A DNA stretch of 64,000 nt from a bacterium (GTDB taxonomy: Bacteria > Patescibacteriota > UBA1384 > CAILIB01). The position numbers and the translations under genes are program-made. Of the stretch, positions 53,501 through 61,485 are shown piece after piece; position 1 is the first letter of the stretch; each line of letters begins with the position of its first letter. The notes beneath the pieces were generated by a model. That model saw only the letters and a list, made by a program, of their open reading frames with translations, had not been told where the DNA came from and searched no databases. The stretch is taken from assembly GCA_037131105.1 (NCBI GenBank), contig JBAXRQ010000002.1, positions 94,100 through 158,099 on the forward strand, in the 5' to 3' direction.

Positions 53501-56500
53501 TCAGCCAGGTTGATAGCGGTGCCGCTCTTCCAGTCCATCCGTTCATCGATAAGCTTCCCTCCGATCTTGGTGAGAAGATTCTGGCTCTGTCCGGTGAAAA
53601 GGCTGACTAGGTCGTTTGTAGAAACCTTGTAGCGTTCGTCATAGCTACTGTTTCCTGAAATGAGGTTGGTAAGTAGCTGCTGGGAGCGCTCGGTTATTGT
53701 TTTGGCACCGAAGGATAGGGCGTCTTCATCATTGATAGGTTGACTCTTCTGAGAAGCGTCAGCACGACCCACGGACATCTCCAGGCCAGCAAGGCTACTG
53801 TTGCCGCTTGTGAGCCAGCCAGTCAGGCTGCCGCTAGGAAGGTTGAGTGACTGGGTGAGCTGACAGTCTGCGGTATGCTCTGAGAAGTTGGTCAGCTGGC
53901 TGTCCAAGGCGTTAGCACGTACGGGGTCCGAAGCATCGCTGGTCTGACGTCCTGAAAGAATGGCCTGCTTCAGGGTGTCAGCGGCGCTGCAGGATCCGCT
54001 GCCATAGGTGTTGCCTGTGGACAGGGATGCCTGAGGGGCTAGAGAGCTTTGGCTATTGCCGTCCTGGGGAGTGTCCAGGCCCCGACCCACGATTGCTTCC
54101 TGAATGACGTGTGCGGCCTTCATGACGTCCTGGCGGCCTGACTCGTTGGCCGGGGCTGAGTTCAGGATGGCTGACTCGATATCGACTATTGCCTTCCTAA
54201 CTGCTTCCACTCCGTTCGGAGCCGACTTGTCCTTGAAGGTAGACAACGCTGGAGTGGCTCCGGCAAGTCCTCCCGAAGAAATCAGGTTACTTACCAGCCC
54301 CTGAAGTTGAGAATAACGGGCGTAATAGAAATCATCCCCACTTGGATCCGCGACGTCAGGGGGCGTCGAGCTCCCTGATCCAGACTGGGCCTGGAGCTGG
54401 TCTGGGCGCAAAGGCAGGTCGGTGCGTCCCCAGACTCCCTTGAGCAGTTCAACGGTACCTATTCGGTCAAATACCTGACTAGCTTCCTTACGGTAGAAGA
54501 TACGGTCCATGTCGGCAGAATCCAGCAGGCCGTTGGTACTGAGGAGGGTGCTGACTCCCGTAGAAGTGAAGTCGCCTTGGTAGGGGGTGCCGTCACCGTT
54601 AACCTCGTTAAAGAGCTGGTGCTGGGCCACTTTGTCGGTCGTGAGGGCGTGAGTGGCAACCTGCTGGCCGATAGTCTTCAGGATGCCGAGGCCGCCTTTC
54701 AGAAGCGTGGCGACGGGATCTCCGCTTCCTGGCTGGACACTGCTGATCTGACCCTGGGGAGTAAAGGTTACCGAAGTGCTGGTCAAATTCAGGCTGGCGC
54801 CCATGCCTCCCTGTCCGATCTTGTCGAAGTATCCCAGTACGCCGTCATCCAGCTGGTGTAGTTGGGAGATGATGGCGCTCAAAGCGTTCTGGGCCTGCTT
54901 GGTACTGGTACTTGATACGTATCCCTCGGTGGAGGCACCTGTGGTAGACAACTGGGAAAGACGCTGCTGGGCGGCTTGGAACTGGGTGAGCCACCCTGAT
55001 GACCAGTTGGAAGGTGTAGGGTCGTTGACTGTGTTGAAGGTGTTCTTCAGAACGGTGATCCTATCGGCCTGGGTCTGGGTGGGCGGCAGATGATAGGTAT
55101 TGCTCCAGACTACATTCTTGATTTGGGGAACAAGGGTATCTGCCTGGGCCTGGGTGAAAGCGCCGGCTCTGACCAGAGCCGTAATGTTAGGATCCCCTGC
55201 TGGGGCCTCCGGAGGTACGACCAGAGGCTTTCCAGGGACTATGACAGTCGTGAGTGGAGGAATAGTGGTAGTACCGGAGGTAGTGAGAAGGCTGTAGAGG
55301 TTGTTCTGGTTACAAATGTCCAGAGGGTTGCTCTCCTTGAACTGCGACAGAACAGTAGTGCAGTCGAGGCCGTTTGCGGCGATAGAGGTAACTCCAACAA
55401 GGGGAAATGGTACGCCGGCGAAGGTTCCGGTCCGGGTAACTGTTTCGGTCTGGTCGGCAGCCGTAGCGGTAGTAGTGAAGCTACCGATGTCCCCTTGAAT
55501 GGTGCGAGTACCTACTAGGTTGAAATAATCACTCAGTGACTTCTGTCCTCCGATCAGTTTGGCGGTGGGCCGGTCAAAGTCAGCCTGGGCGGTGGGCACC
55601 CCGAAGCTCGGTGTGCTAGTACCGGGTGATATATAAGTGAGGTAGAGGTCCTTGTCGAGCTGGTCGGCATTGGTGTTGGAGAAAATGGCCTTAGCAGCCG
55701 GTCCGGCGGCGAGAAGCTGGCTGAAGTCCGATACTCGCAGGCTTTGAGGGGGCAGATTATAGAGCTCCTCGATCCGCCCTATGCCGATGGCCTTGGCAAT
55801 ATCGGCAGCGCTCTGGAGAGAGAAGCCAGTGCTTGGGCTGAGGGTACCGGGGGTTACATGGAAGACATTCTCCTCAAGATAGCGGCTTCCTATCGATGTC
55901 TGTATGGCGGCCGGAGTACTACCTTGTACGGAATCGGCGGGTAGGTTCAGCATTTGCTCCAGGGTGGACTGGCCGACATTCTGGGTTATGGTCCCCCCTT
56001 TGTTGACGAGGGCATTGGGGAGTAGGCCGAGCTGCTGGCTTAGGTAGGCTCGTCCGAAGTTGTCCAGTGTGGAGGAAAGGTCAGAGCCCTTTAGTCCCCC
56101 GGTTGGCCCTCCTATCAGCTGACTTAATAACGAGGCGCCGGTCTGTTTGACCAAGTCCCCGATATTATTCATCGTGATGCCGGAGATATTGACGCTCGTC
56201 TGCAGGTCGAGGTTGGCCAGGAAGGTATCGAAGCCTCCCTTGAATGCGTTCAGTGCTCCCTGGTAGACAGTGCTGATATTCGGCAGGCCGCCAGACTGGG
56301 AGATGCCCTCGTCAGTCTGCCAGGCTACCTTGGTGGGGAACTGGGTGTACTGATAACTTACCTTGTCTCTTCCTATTCGTTTCTTCTCGGTGATCTTGGT
56401 GGTGACCCGGATGTTATCGATAGCGTCGATATCAAGGGCCTTGGCCAGGCAGGTGCTTCCGTGCGGCGGGTTTACATCATAATAATGGGCCGAGAAGATA

Positions 56501-57474
56501 CCACCATTACATTCATTGCGTGGTGCTGTTGAGTCGTCATTGGCAGTGAACTCCTTGTTCACCCCACCGGTCTGTAAAATCTGCCCTACGTCGATAAGCT
56601 CATGTCCTGCCCCTCCTTCAGAGGTAGGAGTGACCAGGTAGGTGAGGGTCCTCAGGATGCGGACGTCGGCCTTCGGGGCGTCCCAGCAGTTGTTTACCCA
56701 GGCTACGTCGTCGTAGTAGAGGGGTTTCCAGGCCTTTATGTCCAGGGAGCAGCCCGGGTCACTTTGTTGCTGGGTGTTTCCGTCAGAGTCCTTTATGGCG
56801 ACTCCCTTATCATCTATCTTGACCTTGGTCTCATCGCAGGCATTGCCATCCAGCTTCCGGCACGGCTCGCCTACCAGACCATAATAGTCGAGTGGGTTTT
56901 TGAAGGTTATCTTATTGGTAGGGAGAGTTGCGGCAGTCAGGACGCTCTCGGTGAGGCCACTGATGCCAAGTGGAGAAAGGAGGCGGCTAGCATCCTGATT
57001 ACAGACCCACCACCCCCCATCGTCTGCTGCGCCGACTCGGGCGATTTGGCTTTCGGTATCGGGAGGATAGGTCGGGCCGATATCATCCTTGGTGACGAAG
57101 GTCATTCCCCCATCTGGATCCTCGCTATATTTTAAGTAATCCTGGTACGAGAGCTGGTCGTTCTCATCCAGGACACTAGCACTGTCCGGGCTGCCAGTAT
57201 CATTAAGGCCGCTGATATCGTCAGGGCTTAGCTTACTGTACTCGGTATTTCCGTCGACGTAGTTTGGATCGGCGCTAGCGATGCCCTGGCCAATGGCGTT
57301 GCAGCGCTGCGAGAGCTCGGATTTGGTAAATGCGGTAGAGGTCGGGGCGGCCTGCACGGCAGCTGTCGGCATGGCTGCGGAGAGGAGAGGAACGTACACC
57401 ATTGTCTGGGCCATGACAATGATCAGGGTGGTCTTCGTTCCGCGACGAAATTGAGAGAAGAAAGAGGCCATCAT
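50527..57474 (-). CDS. Giant (2315 aa) secreted protein with split M15/LAS-like peptidase motifs and helical repeats
   Basis: Signal peptide; SAH..AKALDI near residues 328-349; C-terminal DRIHVRW; repeated L..L.LP.GS motif. Confidence 0.8.
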   Translation of the reverse strand: MMASFFSQFRRGTKTTLIIVMAQTMVYVPLLSAAMPTAAVQAAPTSTAFTKSELSQRCNAIGQGIASADPNYVDGNTEYSKLSPDDISGLNDTGSPDSASVLDENDQLSYQDYLKYSEDPDGGMTFVTKDDIGPTYPPDTESQIARVGAADDGGWWVCNQDASRLLSPLGISGLTESVLTAATLPTNKITFKNPLDYYGLVGEPCRKLDGNACDETKVKIDDKGVAIKDSDGNTQQQSDPGCSLDIKAWKPLYYDDVAWVNNCWDAPKADVRILRTLTYLVTPTSEGGAGHELIDVGQILQTGGVNKEFTANDDSTAPRNECNGGIFSAHYYDVNPPHGSTCLAKALDIDAIDNIRVTTKITEKKRIGRDKVSYQYTQFPTKVAWQTDEGISQSGGLPNISTVYQGALNAFKGGFDTFLANLDLQTSVNISGITMNNIGDLVKQTGASLLSQLIGGPTGGLKGSDLSSTLDNFGRAYLSQQLGLLPNALVNKGGTITQNVGQSTLEQMLNLPADSVQGSTPAAIQTSIGSRYLEENVFHVTPGTLSPSTGFSLQSAADIAKAIGIGRIEELYNLPPQSLRVSDFSQLLAAGPAAKAIFSNTNADQLDKDLYLTYISPGTSTPSFGVPTAQADFDRPTAKLIGGQKSLSDYFNLVGTRTIQGDIGSFTTTATAADQTETVTRTGTFAGVPFPLVGVTSIAANGLDCTTVLSQFKESNPLDICNQNNLYSLLTTSGTTTIPPLTTVIVPGKPLVVPPEAPAGDPNITALVRAGAFTQAQADTLVPQIKNVVWSNTYHLPPTQTQADRITVLKNTFNTVNDPTPSNWSSGWLTQFQAAQQRLSQLSTTGASTEGYVSSTSTKQAQNALSAIISQLHQLDDGVLGYFDKIGQGGMGASLNLTSTSVTFTPQGQISSVQPGSGDPVATLLKGGLGILKTIGQQVATHALTTDKVAQHQLFNEVNGDGTPYQGDFTSTGVSTLLSTNGLLDSADMDRIFYRKEASQVFDRIGTVELLKGVWGRTDLPLRPDQLQAQSGSGSSTPPDVADPSGDDFYYARYSQLQGLVSNLISSGGLAGATPALSTFKDKSAPNGVEAVRKAIVDIESAILNSAPANESGRQDVMKAAHVIQEAIVGRGLDTPQDGNSQSSLAPQASLSTGNTYGSGSCSAADTLKQAILSGRQTSDASDPVRANALDSQLTNFSEHTADCQLTQSLNLPSGSLTGWLTSGNSSLAGLEMSVGRADASQKSQPINDEDALSFGAKTITERSQQLLTNLISGNSSYDERYKVSTNDLVSLFTGQSQNLLTKIGGKLIDERMDWKSGTAINLADPICGTADSPQTCTAAEASGARFAFMGQMGIQAVASDLGFPAGFDITTPGTFNQNFGNSLLSQGLGLVANSFKGDFKQVVDLNDPGAILTSLGLQDPPSVQAALKILSGISSRVSIDPSQADPKADRILTNYIAKTRKDVISQISDSNSPYWQTSPNSIITNPLVKKDKDSFDTLLHDLTNDGGYVAISDLVNNTKSEYSVNDDDYANQIAGLQSRTSQLNGLYGLGATPGDSLKSFITGQITADVLYTPSTQHQLAQTQANLNANGAPASAQALLAAIQNATGCDLYGYLVGSSSLRSCHAPAGGFGSLSNAFSNINGQALYLGLAQTWSADMESKLQLPAGTITDLVLNPSQAPEIALTIGMQKLASKIFNVADQADIDGFTASFRNAFLSANCDITFGSQSCSLDFNKTAARDLLQDSLNSMINAEIAKLGGGNLPGLIGHVDLQAILSGDVSSLTDIAVQELIGTLNKGLGKLEGVADRIDDFILQYQNLRDSLKDFSLSTAVVEAAGKDALNSYFKDKYPNAPCGSLDNCLNDPGIGPELNAIKEIGKKDFQKSLIQDVKSQMQNAIYDTLLFSVDKNIPAGFIETLTHGTDAERMTMLAQYGINSALAGALGSALTAADIATLKDFAANGFKNASAYADGLKQAAIDAIMAKVGGFVTAKLNELIGAQNTPQFMQAFAGWASSGFSSDVFHNGSGKLGKDGKPVPSMSNLLTQIGQQKLFAFGDKMFGFKPGTAQKLYNVYKAVHTLTTNASQGAKDNAAAFLITLAITTVFGDQLRSLETSLGLVPGSLDLLVGAIVDLFICPALAPVMLLQFILVNLFGVYKVVVVQRATGDGYWPLGAPNPPNAGASLAANNLPQSDFDAKNPVTYAAGVKAVAQQNVHSVLLDLLQMPEKWAGISQTHPNSLWVSQVFSHPAGDLGSLEGYLSEPAPWQQDGSYGYGALTDRANTNAVQEKNGYKYYTPITDYRAGFFPDSSFWDRIHVRW

Positions 57475-58547
57475 AGGAAGGATTTGTTGACCAATAGGTC
57501 GTGGCCGCCGCCGTTTTTGCCACCACCCTGCTTCCCAAGGGTGCTAAATACGAAGTCGGCGGTTAAAACGTGTTTAAAGCGCCCAGTATTAGCATTCTTT
57601 ATGCTTCCGGCCGGCCAGGTGATTGGGTTGTTGACGTAGAGGCTCTTGTTGGCGGGATTGTATCCGGTCACCACTACGACGTGCACGGTGCCATAAAACG
57701 TTCCCCTCGTATAGATGTTGAAGGGATAGCCTCCGTTGATCGATTTCACGGCTAAATTGTAGAGCTGGTTAGCGCTACTTGCTGAGGCAAAGTCATAGTT
57801 AGCGCTCTTTCCGTATTGCCTGGCTACGGCATTTACATAGGAGGGGCTTGATACTGCGTTGAAAACTTCCCCATCTGGGTGCGCGCTAGTCAAGTGGCCC
57901 TTGGTGATTTCGACATGGTTTGATAAGGGGGTTCTGGAGTGATCCCCATGCGCCAGATACATCATGATCATCAAGGCCGAGGTCATAGCGCACCAGTTAT
58001 GTCCACCCTGGATCAGGAGAGGAACGTCTAGGCAAGTACCACCTTGGTCACAGGCCGTGGCTCCCCCAGGAAGGAGCTGATTGAGAGTCTTGCTATCAGC
58101 GATGAACTGTTTGGCGGCAGTCGTGCGCTTGTTCTTGCTGACCGTATCTATCGCCCCTATGGTCTGGCGCACAATGTCGATTTCCCCGACCATTCTATCT
58201 ATAAGAGGGATGAGCTCCGTGGAAGTGATGTTGGCATAGCCGGGCTTCTTCCCCTGGATATTACCCTTGATTGTCTGGAGGCGTGCCTTGAGGGCGTCGA
58301 GCTGGGCGGCATTTGCCAGGAGGAACTTGCCAGGGTCATTGTAGAGGGCCAGCTCTGACATGAGCTGAGCAATTGCAGGATCGGAGGGATCTGCCGGCTG
58401 CACGGCGGTATCACCAGTAGGACAGGGACCGGTACAGGTGTTTCCCGATCCAAAAGAGGCCGCCGCCAATAGAAAAAGCGTAGCCAGCATGATGCCGAGC
58501 ATGATGTAGATGTTGGCGCCTCCCCCCTTCTTTTCTGGTTCAGCCAC
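57471..58547 (-). CDS. Membrane-anchored C39-like cysteine peptidase
   Basis: VPLLIQ..NWCAMTSALM, HVVVVTGY, VNNP; N-terminal TM. Confidence 0.85.
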   Translation of the reverse strand: MAEPEKKGGGANIYIMLGIMLATLFLLAAASFGSGNTCTGPCPTGDTAVQPADPSDPAIAQLMSELALYNDPGKFLLANAAQLDALKARLQTIKGNIQGKKPGYANITSTELIPLIDRMVGEIDIVRQTIGAIDTVSKNKRTTAAKQFIADSKTLNQLLPGGATACDQGGTCLDVPLLIQGGHNWCAMTSALMIMMYLAHGDHSRTPLSNHVEITKGHLTSAHPDGEVFNAVSSPSYVNAVARQYGKSANYDFASASSANQLYNLAVKSINGGYPFNIYTRGTFYGTVHVVVVTGYNPANKSLYVNNPITWPAGSIKNANTGRFKHVLTADFVFSTLGKQGGGKNGGGHDLLVNKSFL

Positions 58548-58575
58548 GGTCCCCTCCCTTAGCTTGTTTGGTGTG

Positions 58576-59883
58576 CTATAAGGCTAATCCAACGGTATAC
58601 AGTGAACTATCGGTGTAGAATATCAGCGTCTTGCTTGTTCCGAAATAGAACATGCCCTTGATCGATAGCTGGGTCGGGAAGGCAAATACCACTTCCTTGC
58701 TGGTGCCGTCGATGCCATATGAGGTAATGGCGTTACTGTTCTGACTGGGGAGGTAAAAGCCGCTACTACCCTTCCAGGCTGCTTGGGCGACCTTGCCTGC
58801 CACATTCAGCTGTTTCTGCCCACTCCCATCCGGCTTCATGGTACCGAGAACGCTGATTCCTGCCGACTGACTCTCATAGAGAATTATACCACTGTCGGGA
58901 GAGAAAGAGGCATCGAGGATGGAGCCGCCAGTCGTCAGCTGCTTCAGGGTGCCATCCGCCGTGGTGTACACCCAAAGATTCTCAAGTCCTGGGTCGCTGG
59001 AACGAGCTACTAGAAGTATATAGGCGTCATTGGGAGACCAAATCAGTTTAGGATTGGGAATGGCACTGAGGTCTGCCTTGCGGTCCATCTTGGTAAGGCG
59101 CTTATCGCTAAATACCAATGAGCGCTCGCCCCCGGCGGTAAAGTAGGCGAAGGCCAACCGCTCGGGGTTCAGGGGGTCCCAGATGGGTGAGATTATCTCG
59201 GGGCCGCCCAGTTTGACCAGGGTTTGGGTAGTAAAGTTAAACGTAGGAATTTCTCTAAGGTAGACCCCGTCAGCTTCGGTGATGAGGGCGACATCAGGCT
59301 GACTTGACCACTGGACATCACTTACTCCATGCAGATTAGTGGTAGTGAGCGGCACACGGATCTGGCTGCTGATGTTCATTCGGTAAATGGTCTTGCGGTT
59401 GTCTCCCAGGTAGAAGACTGATTTTTCGTCAACAGAAGGCCTCACGTAGTCGACGGTGGCCACCTCTGACTGCTTGCTGGTGGGCTGGAAGGCGTAGGCC
59501 GGACGTACCTGGAGACTCTGCCCCCTGCCCAGTAGGATGTCCTGCACAAAGGGAAGGTAGTGGGTCTTGGCGATCTGCAGCCGGTAGCTCCCAGCGAATA
59601 CGGTGATCTCGTAGCCCTTGTTGGTGAGCTTGGTTGGTGCCTTCTGGCCGTTCAGGGTAATGGTGATATCCTTGCTGGTGTCGAGAATGAGAATGGTACT
59701 GCGACCGCTGGTATACAGGTATAGCCCCAGTAATGACAGGATGAACGCGGCTATGACGGCCGTAATCCCCCAGCTGCGTAGCTTCTTGCGGCGGATATCC
59801 TTAGTAAAAGGACTTGAAGATACAGGGGGTACCTTGCCCGTACTGGGCTTGTTGGGTGCGATAATAGGTGGCGGTGTCTCCAC
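58576..59883 (-). CDS. PEGA + TolB-like beta-propeller membrane-anchored protein
   Basis: TM; AGSYRLQIAKTHY (PEGA); WSS/WDP/WSP/FSPD blade repeats. Confidence 0.8.
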   Translation of the reverse strand: METPPPIIAPNKPSTGKVPPVSSSPFTKDIRRKKLRSWGITAVIAAFILSLLGLYLYTSGRSTILILDTSKDITITLNGQKAPTKLTNKGYEITVFAGSYRLQIAKTHYLPFVQDILLGRGQSLQVRPAYAFQPTSKQSEVATVDYVRPSVDEKSVFYLGDNRKTIYRMNISSQIRVPLTTTNLHGVSDVQWSSQPDVALITEADGVYLREIPTFNFTTQTLVKLGGPEIISPIWDPLNPERLAFAYFTAGGERSLVFSDKRLTKMDRKADLSAIPNPKLIWSPNDAYILLVARSSDPGLENLWVYTTADGTLKQLTTGGSILDASFSPDSGIILYESQSAGISVLGTMKPDGSGQKQLNVAGKVAQAAWKGSSGFYLPSQNSNAITSYGIDGTSKEVVFAFPTQLSIKGMFYFGTSKTLIFYTDSSLYTVGLAL

Positions 59884-59886
59884 GGG

Positions 59887-60378
59887 CTACTTTTTCGGAA
59901 CTGCAGGGGCGGCCGGCTTCGGAGTAGGTGCGGCCACTGGGAAGGCGCTGCCTTGGAGAGTAACGCTATTGGCTATCTGGTGCAGGATAAAGCTGACCGA
60001 GGCGAAGACTATGCCGCCTATGACTATTCCGATGATCCGCTGCTTAGCCTTCTTGGACTGCTCTGGTGAGACGCCTCCGAACATATACTGGACGCCAGAA
60101 AAGGCGATGGCGATGACTGCCACGAACAGAACCAGTGGAGAGATCTGCCTAATGATCTGGTCCATATACTGTGGGAAGGTGGTATTGTTCGTACAGCCAC
60201 TGACCAGGACCCCCTGGAAGCAGGGCTGGGAGGTGGGCTGGGGCGGTAGAAGGGATCCGACCGGACCCCCCACAACAGGAGTAGTCCCAGCAGCATAGAC
60301 ATGGGTCACACTTAATACGGCCAAAGCGTAGAATGAAGCGGCAAGTCCTACGAGGCGGGAGGCAGATCTATGGGTCAT
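59887..60378 (-). CDS. TrbC/VirB2-like pilin
   Basis: Signal ending VYA; LFVAVIAIAFSGVQYMFGG..EQSKKAKQRIIGIVIG two-helix pattern; start probably ATG 60378. Confidence 0.75.
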   Translation of the reverse strand: MTHRSASRLVGLAASFYALAVLSVTHVYAAGTTPVVGGPVGSLLPPQPTSQPCFQGVLVSGCTNNTTFPQYMDQIIRQISPLVLFVAVIAIAFSGVQYMFGGVSPEQSKKAKQRIIGIVIGGIVFASVSFILHQIANSVTLQGSAFPVAAPTPKPAAPAVPKK

Positions 60379-60418
60379 AGACTCATGATACACCTACGCC
60401 CCGACTGCTGAACAGGCT

Positions 60419-61483
60419 TTAGAGCGAAAGCGTGTAGAGTGTTGCATTGGTGAGAATCAAGACGCTGTCACCAAAGGGTAGTATCTGGTCTATGTTCTGA
60501 ATATAGGGCCCGTCAACTGAGTGGGTTGAAGTAACGGACCCACCTTCTGAAAGACTAACCATGATTACCTCGTCTCCGGCAGGAGAGGCTGCCACTAGTA
60601 GCTGGGAACCCACCCATGCCTGGGTCTGTCCGCACGCAGTAGTAGTATCGGTTACCTTGGAAGAGTACAGGCTAATCACTGATGCTGAATCAACTTGATG
60701 CTGAAATGCCAGGGTGCCTTCTGCTGACCACCCGATGAGGCCGGTAATAGCGGCGGCCACGTTTTTTTTGACAGTGCCGTTGGCCTCGATAATGGTGAGG
60801 CTGCTCTGGTCTCCGTCAGAGGATTGGTCGCTCACCATGAGGGCAATTCGCCCGTCTTTTTGTGAAATGACCATCTGATCAACCTGTCCTGTAATCTTGG
60901 AAAGGTTGAGGTTTCCTCCTCCCGGAGTCAGTGCGATTAGTTGGGTTGTGGCGCCATCCACGCTGCCCACTGCGTACACTACCTGCCCACTCATGCTCCA
61001 GGCACCTGAGGAGCCCGGAATGTCAGTAAGGGTGCCACTGGCGGCATTGAGAAGCTTCAGTGTCTTGGAATCGTCATCACTTTCGCCGGCGTATGAAAGC
61101 AGGGCGGTCTTTGAGTCTGGCGACCATTGGATCTGCCGGGGGGTAGGGTCAAGTGTGGTGATGGTGGTTACAGCCTTAGTTGCGGCTGAATATTCCTTGA
61201 GATTGCCGTCGCTGTCCAGATATCGAACCACTTGACCACCACTGACTGGGCTAGCCCGGTCTACGGTGTTGGCATCGACTGCTATGGCCACAGGAGTGGC
61301 AACCGGGAAGGGAGTTGGTACAACGCCGGGGGTACCTTGGCTGCTAGTAGCTGTCACGCCGGTATTCCCGGTTGATGTTGTGGCATGTCTCTTGGAAAAA
61401 TAGAGCGAAAGCAGGGCTCCTACTCCGAGTACAACAACCACGGCGGCGAGAATGAGGGTTGGCTTGGGGGTGCGTAGGTTCAT
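60419..61483 (-). CDS. Membrane-anchored beta-propeller protein
   Basis: TM, T/P linker, WSPD/WSM/WSAE repeats. Confidence 0.7.
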   Translation of the reverse strand: MNLRTPKPTLILAAVVVVLGVGALLSLYFSKRHATTSTGNTGVTATSSQGTPGVVPTPFPVATPVAIAVDANTVDRASPVSGGQVVRYLDSDGNLKEYSAATKAVTTITTLDPTPRQIQWSPDSKTALLSYAGESDDDSKTLKLLNAASGTLTDIPGSSGAWSMSGQVVYAVGSVDGATTQLIALTPGGGNLNLSKITGQVDQMVISQKDGRIALMVSDQSSDGDQSSLTIIEANGTVKKNVAAAITGLIGWSAEGTLAFQHQVDSASVISLYSSKVTDTTTACGQTQAWVGSQLLVAASPAGDEVIMVSLSEGGSVTSTHSVDGPYIQNIDQILPFGDSVLILTNATLYTLSL

Positions 61484-61485
61484 GG

